Positions 39,833-49,318 are shown, counted from the first letter of the stretch. The stretch: DNA of 64,000 nucleotides from an uncultured Candidatus Saccharibacteria bacterium (GCA_964474375.1 CAYYSG010000002.1:980-64979), one strand, 5' to 3'. A program made the numbers and translations. Notes: generated by a model from the letters alone, not told the origin.

Positions 39833-40258
39833 TTATTCTTTATCGTAATAATTTTGACCTGTTTTATAGCTTTCTATTGCCATTTTAGATTGTAGAAAAA
39901 TATTTTCTGGCAAATTATCCATACTGAACCATTCCCAACTTTCACATTTTTCCGGCTCCAAAACTACAGGATCACCAGATTCCCAATCAGCAATAAGTCC
40001 GATGTGGGTATAATGTTTTGGTGAATAATGAGTAATATTTGAAACATGCTGGAATTGAATATTTTTTATTTTTATATTGCACTCTTCCAAGGTTTCTCTT
40101 TTTGCACACTCAGCAAAACCTTCCATGTATTCGAGATGCCCACCAGGAAATGCATATTCACCTGAGCCGTGAGAATTCTTTCTTTTACCCATTAAGAATT
40201 TATCATCTTTCCAAATCATAACACCCACACCAGTTTTAGGCCGAAGACTGTCGTCCAT
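39833..40258 (-). CDS. NUDIX hydrolase
   Basis: Nudix box GGHLEYMEGFAECAKRETLEECNI. Confidence 0.8.
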   Translation of the reverse strand: MDDSLRPKTGVGVMIWKDDKFLMGKRKNSHGSGEYAFPGGHLEYMEGFAECAKRETLEECNIKIKNIQFQHVSNITHYSPKHYTHIGLIADWESGDPVVLEPEKCESWEWFSMDNLPENIFLQSKMAIESYKTGQNYYDKE

Positions 40259-40259
40259 A

Positions 40260-41459
40260 TTATTTACCTCTTAGGACTTTATCTATCTTTCTTGCAATAT
40301 TTAGCATATCTTTTTCTTTTTTGCCACGAGTCGTTTCAGCGCATGTACCCAAACGAATTCCAGACGGGTCCATAACACTGCGAGTATCCCCTGGTACTGT
40401 ATTCATGTTTACTATAATTCCAGCTTTTTCTAATTTCTTACTTGCTTCACTGCCTGATACTCCGGCGCCATCCATCCAAGTATTCATCAGCACAAGATGC
40501 GAGTCAGTACCACCAGAAATAATTTCCCAGCCTAACTTTTGCAACTCACCTGCCAGAGCCTGCGCATTCTTAACAACTTGCTTCGTATAGGTTTTAAACT
40601 TTGATGTATCAGCTTCTTTTAGTGCCACGGCCACTGCAGCAATAGTGTTTTCGTGCGGGCCACCGAATAGTCCTGGAATTACTGTTTTGTCTAACTTTTT
40701 ATCAAACTCCCTACTATCTTTTTTAACAAACATTAGTGCATGCCTTGGTCCACGAAGTGATTTGTGGGTAGTAGTCATAACACTGTCAGCGTATTTAAAA
40801 GGACTTGGGTATACATCACCAGCAACAAGCCCGGCAAAGTGCGACATGTCTACATGTAGCAAGGCTCCACATTTGTCCACAATTTGTCGAAACTTTTTAA
40901 AATCAACAAATCTTGGATACGCAGTAAACCCAGCCACTATTATGTCAGGGCGTTCTTTCGTTGCCATAACTTCTAATGCTTTATAGTCGATGATTTTTTT
41001 CTTTGGGTCTAGTTCAAACTGAATAGGCTTCCATAATTTGCCAGTCATAGACAATGGGTGTCCGTGTGTCAAGTGTCCACCACTGGTTAGCTTCATACCC
41101 ATTATTTTTTTTGTTGGTTTGCCATCGTTACCAAAAACAGGTGGCACCAGTGCACTATATATTGCAAAGTTAGCAGGACTGCCAGATAGCCCCTGCACAT
41201 TTACATGCCAGTCTTTTTCCTTAAGACCAAAAAGTTTCAACGCTCGCTGTATACAAAGATTTTCAACTTGGTCGATAATTTCATTACCACCATAGTAACG
41301 ACGACCTGGGTAACCTTCGGCATATTTATTTTGTAGTGTGGAGCCCAGTGCATCTAGTACATCTTTGGAAACAATATTCTCAGATGCGATTAAATTTATG
41401 ACGCTTTTTTGACGCTTATCTTCAGCTTGTATTAGTTTCTCTATTTGTTTGTCTACCAT
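40260..41459 (-). CDS. glyA: serine hydroxymethyltransferase
   Basis: Full-length SHMT, PLP-Lys region TTTHKSLRGPR. Confidence 0.9.
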   Translation of the reverse strand: MVDKQIEKLIQAEDKRQKSVINLIASENIVSKDVLDALGSTLQNKYAEGYPGRRYYGGNEIIDQVENLCIQRALKLFGLKEKDWHVNVQGLSGSPANFAIYSALVPPVFGNDGKPTKKIMGMKLTSGGHLTHGHPLSMTGKLWKPIQFELDPKKKIIDYKALEVMATKERPDIIVAGFTAYPRFVDFKKFRQIVDKCGALLHVDMSHFAGLVAGDVYPSPFKYADSVMTTTHKSLRGPRHALMFVKKDSREFDKKLDKTVIPGLFGGPHENTIAAVAVALKEADTSKFKTYTKQVVKNAQALAGELQKLGWEIISGGTDSHLVLMNTWMDGAGVSGSEASKKLEKAGIIVNMNTVPGDTRSVMDPSGIRLGTCAETTRGKKEKDMLNIARKIDKVLRGK

Positions 41460-41602
41460 GTTATTTCTTAATTAATTCTAATAAATCGCTGGAGTAAGTT
41501 AAATCATAAATAAATAAGCCTTATATTAATAGGGTTATTATACCACACAGGTATCCTGACTAAAAGTAGAAAAATTGGACTATAAAAGTATATAATTGAA
41601 CT

Positions 41603-42094
41603 ATGATTTCACTCATTGCAGCTATTGGCGAAGGACGAGAACTAGGTAAGAGTGGCCAATTACTGTGGCATTTACCGAAAGACTTTGCATATTTTAAAGA
41701 AAAAACCATAGATACAGCCATAATAATGGGCAGAAAAACTTTTGAAGCCATTGGTCGCCCACTACCCCGAAGAACCAATATCATAATCACATCACAGGAC
41801 GACTGGGCTCATGATGGGGTTATAGTTGCTAAAAGCATTGAAGATGCTATATCCAAAGCCAAAGAACTAAACAAAGAAATATTTGTCATAGGTGGTGGTG
41901 ATGTCTATCGCCAGTCACTACCCTATGTTGATACAATGTATATTACAGAAGTAAAAGGCGTCTTTCCTTATGCTGATACATTCTTTCCAGAATTTAGTAA
42001 AAATGAATGGCACGAAACACAAAGAACTCATAATGAAAAAGACGGAGAGCATGAATACGAATTTGATTTTGTGGAATATAAAAAAAGCTTGTAA
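41603..42094 (+). CDS. folA: dihydrofolate reductase
   Basis: MISLIAAIGEGRELG...LPWHLPKDF-type N-terminus, GGG(D)VY. Confidence 0.85.
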   Translation: MISLIAAIGEGRELGKSGQLLWHLPKDFAYFKEKTIDTAIIMGRKTFEAIGRPLPRRTNIIITSQDDWAHDGVIVAKSIEDAISKAKELNKEIFVIGGGDVYRQSLPYVDTMYITEVKGVFPYADTFFPEFSKNEWHETQRTHNEKDGEHEYEFDFVEYKKSL

Positions 42095-42131
42095 TTATTA
42101 GTTAATAGTAGTAACCTAAAGAAAAAATATC

Positions 42132-43082
42132 ATGGAAAAGAAATACAACGAACATGCAGATGTAAGCTATCTAGAAATGGCCGAATACATCCTAGAGCAC
42201 GGCAACCAAAAAGGTGACCGTACCGGAACAGGCACAATATCAACTTTTGGATACCAAATGAGGTTTGACCTTAACAAAGGATTCCCTCTTTTAACAACTA
42301 AAAAAGTCAATTTGAAATCAGTCATTCATGAGCTTATTTGGTTTCTGCGTGGTGATACTAATTTGAAATATCTTGACGACAACGGTGTATATATCTGGGA
42401 TGAATGGCCTTACAAAGCCTATCTAAAAAAGAACGGTTTAAATATACCCAAAACAGATAGTGAGGAATGGAAAATTGGAATTAAAGAATTCAGAGAAAAG
42501 ATTAAAACTGATCCTGATTTTGCAAAAGAACATGGAGACCTTGGTCCAATTTATGGATATCAGTGGCGTAGCTGGCCAACACATGACGGAAAATATATTG
42601 ACCAGATTAAAAACATAATTGAAACATTAAAAAAGAATCCGAATGACAGGAGAATGATAGTTTCAGCCTGGAATGTAGGCCAAATAGAATTAATGATGGT
42701 GTCAGGCCTACCACCATGTCACTGCTTGTTTCAATTCTACGTAGCTGACGGAAAATTATCATGCCTTCTTTATCAAAGAAGTTGCGATACTTTCTTAGGT
42801 GTACCATTTAACATTGCTAGCTATGCACTACTAACAATGATGATAGCGCAAATTACGGGATTTGAAGTTGGTGAATTTGTTTGGACAGGTGGTGATGTAC
42901 ATTTATACAATAACCATATTGATCAAATTAATCTTCAGATTTCCAGAAAAGACGACCGTAAGCCAATGCCTAAGATGAAAATAAATCCTAATGTAAAAAA
43001 TATCGAAGACTTTACAATAGACGATTTTGAACTAGTAGATTACGACCCACATCCAGGTATCAAAGCTCCTATCGCCGTTTAA
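42132..43082 (+). CDS. thyA: thymidylate synthase (long form with about 50-aa insert)
   Basis: RTGTGT, catalytic [11 protein letters not shown]; 316 aa. Confidence 0.9.
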   Translation: MEKKYNEHADVSYLEMAEYILEHGNQKGDRTGTGTISTFGYQMRFDLNKGFPLLTTKKVNLKSVIHELIWFLRGDTNLKYLDDNGVYIWDEWPYKAYLKKNGLNIPKTDSEEWKIGIKEFREKIKTDPDFAKEHGDLGPIYGYQWRSWPTHDGKYIDQIKNIIETLKKNPNDRRMIVSAWNVGQIELMMVSGLPPCHCLFQFYVADGKLSCLLYQRSCDTFLGVPFNIASYALLTMMIAQITGFEVGEFVWTGGDVHLYNNHIDQINLQISRKDDRKPMPKMKINPNVKNIEDFTIDDFELVDYDPHPGIKAPIAV

Positions 43083-43102
43083 ACAATATTTAGCTCATTC
43101 TT

Positions 43103-43127
43103 AAGACCCCTGTTAAAAAGGGGTCTT
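43103..43127 (+). terminator. hairpin aagacccct gttaaaa aggggtctt after thyA
   Basis: Perfect stem, followed by tattataat -10-like box of dcd. Confidence 0.5.
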
Positions 43128-43145
43128 TTGTATTATAATCTGGAA

Positions 43146-43682
43146 ATGATACTTTCAGACAAAAAGATTCTAGAATACATAGATTCTGGCAAAATCGTAG
43201 TTAAACCTTTTGATATTAAAAATATGGGTGGAAATTCCTACGATGTTCATCTTAGTAAACATTTAGCTCAATACGTAGACGATGTTATTGATGCTAAAAA
43301 GCACAACGAAATAAAACATTTTGAAATCCCCGAAGAAGGTTTTGTATTACAACCTGGACAGCTGTATTTGGGTTCTACTCAAGAATGGACCGAGACACAC
43401 GAGCATGTGCCATTTCTCGAAGGCAAATCTAGCACAGGACGTCTAGGTATAGATATCCACGCAACAGCCGGCAAAGGTGATGTTGGTTTCTGTGGATATT
43501 GGACTCTTGAAATATCCAGCTCAAAACCAGTCCGAGTTTACGAAGGTATGCCAATTGGTCAAATTATATATTATGTAGTCGAAGGTGAAGTAGAAAGACT
43601 CTATTCCACAAAAGACTCTGCTAAATACCACAATCAATCCAACCTACCCAAGGAATCCATGATGTGGAAAAATAATTTCTAA
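43146..43682 (+). CDS. dcd: dCTP deaminase (start taken at MILSDKKIL, 18 nt inside ORF-track start)
   Basis: dCTP deaminase/dUTPase-fold family sequence; upstream ATG would fall inside the thyA terminator. Confidence 0.75.
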   Translation: MILSDKKILEYIDSGKIVVKPFDIKNMGGNSYDVHLSKHLAQYVDDVIDAKKHNEIKHFEIPEEGFVLQPGQLYLGSTQEWTETHEHVPFLEGKSSTGRLGIDIHATAGKGDVGFCGYWTLEISSSKPVRVYEGMPIGQIIYYVVEGEVERLYSTKDSAKYHNQSNLPKESMMWKNNF

Positions 43683-43688
43683 AAGACG

Positions 43689-43711
43689 AAACCGCGATTA
43701 ATCGCGGTTTT
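43689..43711. terminator. bidirectional terminator aaaaccgcgattaatcgcggtttt
   Basis: Perfect palindrome between convergent dcd and pilus genes. Confidence 0.6.
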
Positions 43712-44099
43712 ATCTTGTAACAGGTGTTTTAGTTTCAGTATCAACCACTGGTGGGACTACTACTCTGTTCTTCGAAGGATCCGGAACAGCAGGTTTGTTT
43801 TTTATTATATCAGCGCGGACAGCGGACCTTTCTTCAAACTTGGTAAATATTTCATTTAGCTTGTTTTCATTTAACTCAACCACAACTAATGATTTGACCT
43901 TTTCCTTGCTTTCATTAGTCACAAAGAAATCCCTGTTTGCCAAATAATAAACAGTAAAAGAAGCTATCGCTGTAAAAATAAGTACGACCAACATTAGAAT
44001 CAAAATTCTTTTCCAGTAGAAAAACGGGTCTATTTCAGATACTTTGCGTAAATTTATAGACTTGGTTTTTTTATTTTTTTTAAATAAATTCAATTTCAT
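43710..44099 (-). CDS. pilus-assembly-associated membrane protein (PilP/PilO-like, uncertain)
   Basis: N-terminal TM; position directly after pilO-like gene. Confidence 0.35.
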   Translation of the reverse strand: MKLNLFKKNKKTKSINLRKVSEIDPFFYWKRILILMLVVLIFTAIASFTVYYLANRDFFVTNESKEKVKSLVVVELNENKLNEIFTKFEERSAVRADIIKNKPAVPDPSKNRVVVPPVVDTETKTPVTR

Positions 44100-44103
44100 A
44101 GTT

Positions 44104-44715
44104 TTATTTTATATTAGTCTCAATTAAAACTTTTGTTCCTAGCATCCATGTTTTATTACTAACAGTAGACGAATCATCATTGTATGAAATATCACGATAA
44201 GTCACCTCGCCCCCTAGCCTATTCGGCTGGATTATTACGACTTCACGCAAATAATATTCTTCGGTCGTCATTATATAGTCAGCATTTTCGAACATTTTCA
44301 TCAGGTTCAGCAATGACCCAAATGAGCCATTGGCTGTAATTTCAATAGATAGGCTGCGCCCAGATGATGTATCACCTTCTTTTGTTTCATTTAGTGAAAT
44401 TGAATTAACAACAATGTTTACTCCTACATCTTCGGCGTATTCTTCTATTTTACTAACTATAAATGGTATTTCGTCTTGGGACTTAATAACATGCACTCCT
44501 AATGACTGAATTCTTTCAATGTTATCCAAGAAAACGCTTTTAGAGCGAATCGTGTTCTCTCTTTCTTTGTGCATATTTTGCACTGACTCAAACAAAACAA
44601 AAGAATTAGAGCTATAACTTTTCAACGTCCGAAGCATAAAGTAAACTGCAAACAATGTTATTAAAAACAATAACACAGCCATGATCAAACGTGATGTAAA
44701 ACGACCCTTCTTCAT
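44104..44715 (-). CDS. pilO: type IV pilus assembly protein PilO-like
   Basis: N-terminal TM + periplasmic domain; operon context pilM-pilN. Confidence 0.5.
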   Translation of the reverse strand: MKKGRFTSRLIMAVLLFLITLFAVYFMLRTLKSYSSNSFVLFESVQNMHKERENTIRSKSVFLDNIERIQSLGVHVIKSQDEIPFIVSKIEEYAEDVGVNIVVNSISLNETKEGDTSSGRSLSIEITANGSFGSLLNLMKMFENADYIMTTEEYYLREVVIIQPNRLGGEVTYRDISYNDDSSTVSNKTWMLGTKVLIETNIK

Positions 44716-44716
44716 A

Positions 44717-45277
44717 CTACAATTCGCAAGTTATATTAAATGGTACTTCGACTCTGCGGGCATAGGTAGTAACCGGCACATTTACACTAGCGCACATTCC
44801 ACCATTTTTATTTTCCAAACTACTACCAAAATTAATTATCGAGTCACGTGTTCCTGAAATACCGGAAATGAGTAGTATCTTTTTACCTTCTTTATTATTA
44901 GTCATATGGAATTTACTGATTCGTAAGTCAGTTGGTCTTACTGCTACGATTTGTTCAATGCTCTTGGTATGTTCTTTGGCAGATTTGAAATTATTTTGAA
45001 ACATTGAAATAGCACTATTAGCAGACCTAATTTGGTTAACCATTAAACCAGCTTCACCATTTTGGGCAGCTGCTTCGAGCTCGATGTATTCTGAATTTAT
45101 TAAATTAGCTTCGGTGTATTTTACATAAGAAAGAACACCTAGCACAAAAACCAAAGGCAAGATAACAACGGACACTGATATAAACCCCACCACAAAAAGT
45201 CGTCTTTTGTATAAAGATTTTAATGAAACTCTTTTTTCGTAGGGTAATAAATTTATCATATTATGTTTCAAATGCAC
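44717..45277 (-). CDS. pilN: type IV pilus assembly protein PilN
   Basis: LLPYEKRVSLKSLYKRR then TM (PilN N-terminal signature). Confidence 0.6.
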   Translation of the reverse strand: MHLKHNMINLLPYEKRVSLKSLYKRRLFVVGFISVSVVILPLVFVLGVLSYVKYTEANLINSEYIELEAAAQNGEAGLMVNQIRSANSAISMFQNNFKSAKEHTKSIEQIVAVRPTDLRISKFHMTNNKEGKKILLISGISGTRDSIINFGSSLENKNGGMCASVNVPVTTYARRVEVPFNITCEL

Positions 45278-46340
45278 CTAATGCGAGTCCAATAGCTGTT
45301 CCATAAATAACAGAATCATCAAAATGTATTTTTGGTACACGAGCAGAAACCGCTTCTATTCGTGTCCATACGTCAGCTAACATTGCTGGTTTATGAAAAG
45401 TAGCCTGGAATAAATCAATGAACCCAGGAGTCAATGATTCGGTTCCGACTATTTGTACAGAATCTATTGGACGGTATGTATCACTACGTTCTTTTATATA
45501 AGTACTCCATGAATTATATTGTTTTATTATTTCATCAAACAAAGGAATATAAGCTTGACCCAAGACTTCAGCCATTCCTGCGTATTCGCCAGTCGCATTC
45601 ATACCTATTTTATGTTTTATCTCTTCGGCTTTCTTTGCATCGATATTTAGTTTTGTAGCCACAGCTGTGGTTACTTCTTCACCTCCACGCATAATAGTCC
45701 GAGATGACACAACAAGACCATCCTGAACAACACTAGCAGTAGTCGAAGCATGACCAATATCGATGATAAATATAACTGCAGTATCTTTAGGTTTAGTAAC
45801 AGCGCGTGCTAAAGCCTGACATTCATATTCACACGACACGACTTCCATACCAGCTAACATACATGCTTCTACATAGCCCTCGACTACATTACGCTCAACA
45901 GCGGCTACTTGGACCTTGGCTTTGTCATTGTCGTGAGAAATAACATCATAGTCAAATTCTACGGTATCAGCTGGTACCGGAATAAATCCTTCGAGTAGTA
46001 GCAATATACTGTCCCGTAAATCAACTCCTGGAACAAGATCGACTTCGGTTTGAAAAGTATAAACCTGTTCTTCAGGTATAGAAATACGTACTGATTCTAT
46101 TTTCTTAGTACGGCGCATTGTTTCAAGTACTGGTACTAGTTTCGTAGTATCCTGGACTACGCCTTTGCCGACAGCACCAACGGGAATATGCTCAAGCCCA
46201 TAATTCTCGACTACTATACCTTCACTTCCTTCACGCATTTCTACATATTTAACTGTACGCTCAGAAATTTCCAAACCAAAAGAAGGCATCACAATATAGC
46301 GAGGTATTGGGAAAAATTGGAAAATTTTTGAACGTGCCAT
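45261..46340 (-). CDS. pilM: type IV pilus assembly ATPase-fold protein PilM
   Basis: Actin-like fold, FGLEISERTVKYVEM N-terminus. Confidence 0.65.
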   Translation of the reverse strand: MARSKIFQFFPIPRYIVMPSFGLEISERTVKYVEMREGSEGIVVENYGLEHIPVGAVGKGVVQDTTKLVPVLETMRRTKKIESVRISIPEEQVYTFQTEVDLVPGVDLRDSILLLLEGFIPVPADTVEFDYDVISHDNDKAKVQVAAVERNVVEGYVEACMLAGMEVVSCEYECQALARAVTKPKDTAVIFIIDIGHASTTASVVQDGLVVSSRTIMRGGEEVTTAVATKLNIDAKKAEEIKHKIGMNATGEYAGMAEVLGQAYIPLFDEIIKQYNSWSTYIKERSDTYRPIDSVQIVGTESLTPGFIDLFQATFHKPAMLADVWTRIEAVSARVPKIHFDDSVIYGTAIGLALGAFET

Positions 46341-46369
46341 AGATAGTATTAGTATACCATCTAAAAGTT

Positions 46370-46696
46370 TTAGCCGACAATAGATCCAGGCGCTATATCA
46401 CGGTTCGGATGCATTAGTACAATACCATCATCGTCTTTCATAGCCATTATCATACCTTGGGATTCAAGACCTTTGATTGTGCGGACTTCCAAATTCGTAA
46501 CAAAAGGACACATCTTACTGACTAATACACTTGGGTCAGTAAAAGTCATAGCGATACCAGAGAGTATCTGACGCTCACCTATTTCACCAAAATCAACACG
46601 CAATTTCAGTATTTTATCGAGTCCTTCTACCTTTTCAGCGGACAATATCTTCCCGATTCTTATTTCTATTTCTTTGAATTGATCAATGTTTATCAT
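46370..46696 (-). CDS. stand-alone tRNA-binding domain protein (CsaA/Trbp111/MetRS-C-terminal-like OB fold)
   Basis: 108 aa; IGKILSAEKVEGLDKILKLRVDFGE...SGI pattern of Myf domain. Confidence 0.7.
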   Translation of the reverse strand: MINIDQFKEIEIRIGKILSAEKVEGLDKILKLRVDFGEIGERQILSGIAMTFTDPSVLVSKMCPFVTNLEVRTIKGLESQGMIMAMKDDDGIVLMHPNRDIAPGSIVG

Positions 46697-46699
46697 AAA

Positions 46700-47089
46700 T
46701 TATTTCTTGTTAGTTCTATCTAAAAATCTTTGTAGTATTAGTGCGGCGGCGGATGAGTCTATTCGGCCTTTTGTTTCGCCGCCACCGTGGCGAGCATGGG
46801 CTGATGTAAACTGCTCTTTTTCGTATTTTACAGCAAGTCCTGTTTGTTTTTCTAAGGCACTAGCGAATTCAGATATTTTGTCTTGTATTTTATTCGGTAT
46901 GCCATTTTGGTCTACCGAGTTACCTATGACTATTTGGTCTATGTTCTTTTCTTTGCAAATTTTTTCTATAACATTCATGACGGTCTTGTTGTTTTTCAAA
47001 ACATGCATGGGAAAAGCCATGGACCCCATTTCGTCCGAACAAGCAATACCTATGTATTTAGAACCATAGTCAATACCAAGATAAATCAT
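46700..47089 (-). CDS. ruvX: Holliday junction resolvase-like YqgF/RuvX (start at MIYLGIDYG; longer ORF-track start overlaps tRNA)
   Basis: MIYLGIDYGSKYIGIACSD N-terminus. Confidence 0.85.
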   Translation of the reverse strand: MIYLGIDYGSKYIGIACSDEMGSMAFPMHVLKNNKTVMNVIEKICKEKNIDQIVIGNSVDQNGIPNKIQDKISEFASALEKQTGLAVKYEKEQFTSAHARHGGGETKGRIDSSAAALILQRFLDRTNKK

Positions 47090-47091
47090 TG

Positions 47092-47163
47092 TGCTCTCAC
47101 TAGGAATCGAACCTAGATTTTGGGTACCGCAAACCCATGTCCTATCCATTGAACGATGAGAGC
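47092..47163 (-). tRNA. tRNA-Arg, anticodon GCG as hand-folded (no encoded CCA)
   Basis: 72 nt; acceptor GCTCTCA/TGAGAGC, D-loop AATGGATA, anticodon loop TTGCGGT, T-loop TTCGATT; hand-folded cloverleaf. Confidence 0.75.
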
Positions 47164-47204
47164 AATAGAGTTAAATTAACACAAAAAATCTATTTTAACA
47201 AGCT

Positions 47205-47678
47205 TTATAGTTTATACTTGGCGATGAATCTCCTACCGATATGTGGAACCAGTGCTTTGTCTTCCTTCATTAGACTAAGCATACTGTTTTTAACATCTTG
47301 GGCAATTTCGTCCGGCAGACAAACCGACACCATTGGTTGATATGCTCTGTCTACACTCAGAACTAAATCCTTCTCTTCACCTATCTCCAGCACATTAAAC
47401 GATTTGATTTTAGAAACATCATAAACATCGTTACCTATCGTTATATCCATATTAGTTATTAGCACAGGTAAATCATTTGGTTTTTTAGACGAAACATATC
47501 CGTACATAAAAGCACCTATTAACACAAGTACCCCAAACAAAGCATTATTAAAAATAAAAGAAAGCACCGCAACAACAACAGCCAATATGCCCACAGTCCA
47601 ATAAAAGTCATTGCTTCTGGCATGGTAAATATGATCCTGCGTTACAAACGATATTAGTGTCTTTTTTTCATTATCCAT
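47205..47678 (-). CDS. hypothetical membrane protein
   Basis: 157 aa, 2 TM. Confidence 0.45.
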   Translation of the reverse strand: MDNEKKTLISFVTQDHIYHARSNDFYWTVGILAVVVAVLSFIFNNALFGVLVLIGAFMYGYVSSKKPNDLPVLITNMDITIGNDVYDVSKIKSFNVLEIGEEKDLVLSVDRAYQPMVSVCLPDEIAQDVKNSMLSLMKEDKALVPHIGRRFIAKYKL

Positions 47679-47712
47679 AAAACGTATCTTTATTGTACAT
47701 TTTTTAGCACTA

Positions 47713-48978
47713 CTACTGCAAGCTGTTTTTAAAAGAATTTAGTGCTGATTTATAAACAGCTTCTACTACCTTATCATCAAACGGTGACGGTATTATATAC
47801 GTTGGAGTCACTTCTTCGACTACGCTAGCTAAAGCCTGTGCTACCTCTAAGAAAACTTCGTCTTTAAATTGGCAACCTCGCACGTCCAATGCTGCTTTTA
47901 ATATCCCTGGGAAAACTAGTGCGTTATTAACCTGATTCGGAAAATCTGACCGTCCAGTCGCCACCACTAATGCACCAGCATTCATTGCTAATTCTGGCAT
48001 AATTTCGGGTATTGGGTTCGCCAAAGCAAAAATTACCGGCTGACTATTCATTGTCCGAATCATTTCTTCTGTCAGGACTCCAGGCTTGGATAGACCAATG
48101 AATACATCTCTACCTACTACTGCTTCTAGTAGTCCACCTGCTAAATTTTGGTTTGTAGAATTATTTAGTAATTCTATTTTTTCTTTTGATAAATCAGTCC
48201 TATCAGTGTTGATTATCCCTCTTGAGTCAACAAACAATATATCCTTAACACCTGATTTAAAAAGTAATCTTGCTACTGCTACACCAGCAGCACCAATTCC
48301 AGAAATTACAATTTTAATTTCATCTAATTTTTTACCTTTTAGTTTCAGTGAATTCAATAGCCCTGCTAAAACAACAGTAGCTGTACCCCACTGGTCATCG
48401 TGCATAACAGGAATATCTAATTCTTGTCTTAATTTTTCTTCCACATAGAAGCACCTTGGAGCAGAAATATCTTCTAAATTAATAGCCCCAAAAACAGGTG
48501 CAATTCTTTTTACTGTTTCTATTATTTCATCTGGGTCTTGAGTCGTTAGGCATATTGGAAAAGCATCCACCCCGGCAAAATGCTTCAGCAGTGCGGCTTT
48601 GCCTTCCATTACAGGTATAGCTGATTCTGGACCCAAGTTGCCCAGCCCAAGTATAGCTGAACCATCAGTTACTATAGCCACTGTATGGCCTTTTAAGGTC
48701 AAATCGTGCACAGTACTAGGATCTTCACTAATAGCTATTGAAACTGCCCCCACGCCAGGACTATAAGCCAACGATAGGTCATTCTTATCACTAATTGGTG
48801 CGTTTATTTGGGTTCCAATCTTGCCTTTATATTGCTTGTGGTACTCTATTGCTCTGTCTCCTAAATCTTGATTCATAAGAAGCATTATACTACATAAATC
48901 AAAATCCCCCCTAATGGGGGGATTTTGAGCGATATTATTCGCGTGGCTTTGATTCCTGAACAGTGATCTTGCGACCAT
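47713..48978 (-). CDS. NAD(P)-dependent malic enzyme (true start probably an internal Met)
   Basis: Malic enzyme N-domain and Rossmann (VISGIGAAGVAVARLL). Confidence 0.85.
   Translation of the reverse strand: MVARSLFRNQSHANNIAQNPPIRGDFDLCSIMLLMNQDLGDRAIEYHKQYKGKIGTQINAPISDKNDLSLAYSPGVGAVSIAISEDPSTVHDLTLKGHTVAIVTDGSAILGLGNLGPESAIPVMEGKAALLKHFAGVDAFPICLTTQDPDEIIETVKRIAPVFGAINLEDISAPRCFYVEEKLRQELDIPVMHDDQWGTATVVLAGLLNSLKLKGKKLDEIKIVISGIGAAGVAVARLLFKSGVKDILFVDSRGIINTDRTDLSKEKIELLNNSTNQNLAGGLLEAVVGRDVFIGLSKPGVLTEEMIRTMNSQPVIFALANPIPEIMPELAMNAGALVVATGRSDFPNQVNNALVFPGILKAALDVRGCQFKDEVFLEVAQALASVVEEVTPTYIIPSPFDDKVVEAVYKSALNSFKNSLQ
48901..48926 (-). terminator. intrinsic terminator aaaatcccccc taat ggggggatttt
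   Basis: Perfect stem after RRM gene. Confidence 0.6.
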
Positions 48979-49186
48979 CTAATTCAGAGCCATTTAGTTT
49001 TTCGATTGCAGTTGCAGCATCAGCTTCATTTTCGTATTCAACGAAACCGAAACCTTTTGAACGTCCAGTCATTTTGTCCATTACAACACGTACTTCCTTT
49101 ACAGGACCGATAGCGCTAAAATGGTCAGACAATGTACTGTCGTTTGTTGCCCATGCAAGAGAACCAACGAAAAGCTTTGTAGACAT
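48935..49186 (-). CDS. RRM-type (RNP-1/RNP-2) RNA-binding protein; start at MSTKLFVGSL
   Basis: RNP-2 KLFVGSL and RNP-1 KGFGFVEY. Confidence 0.8.
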   Translation of the reverse strand: MSTKLFVGSLAWATNDSTLSDHFSAIGPVKEVRVVMDKMTGRSKGFGFVEYENEADAATAIEKLNGSELDGRKITVQESKPRE

Positions 49187-49318
49187 ATGTGGAAAAATTT
49201 TTCCTGATAATGCGTAAACACCAGAACCTCGTAACCATTGCATTAGCAGGAAATCGAAGATTGGAACTTTTACAAAATAAAGTATAACACGTTATACATA
49301 ATATAGCTATAGCTACAG

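Noticed and set aside
41460-41602. 76-aa minus-strand ORF (41560-41790) in the glyA/folA divergent promoter region
   Set aside because: Overlaps the folA start and the AT-rich promoter region. Hydrophobic nonsense.
43128-43145. Upstream ATG for dcd
   Set aside because: Falls inside the thyA terminator hairpin. The downstream ATG is preceded by a tataat box and starts the conserved MILSDKKIL.
47090-47149. N-terminal extension of ruvX ORF (MDRTWVCGTQNLGSIPSEST)
   Set aside because: It is the reverse complement of the tRNA gene. The conserved RuvX start MIYLGIDYG is at 47089.
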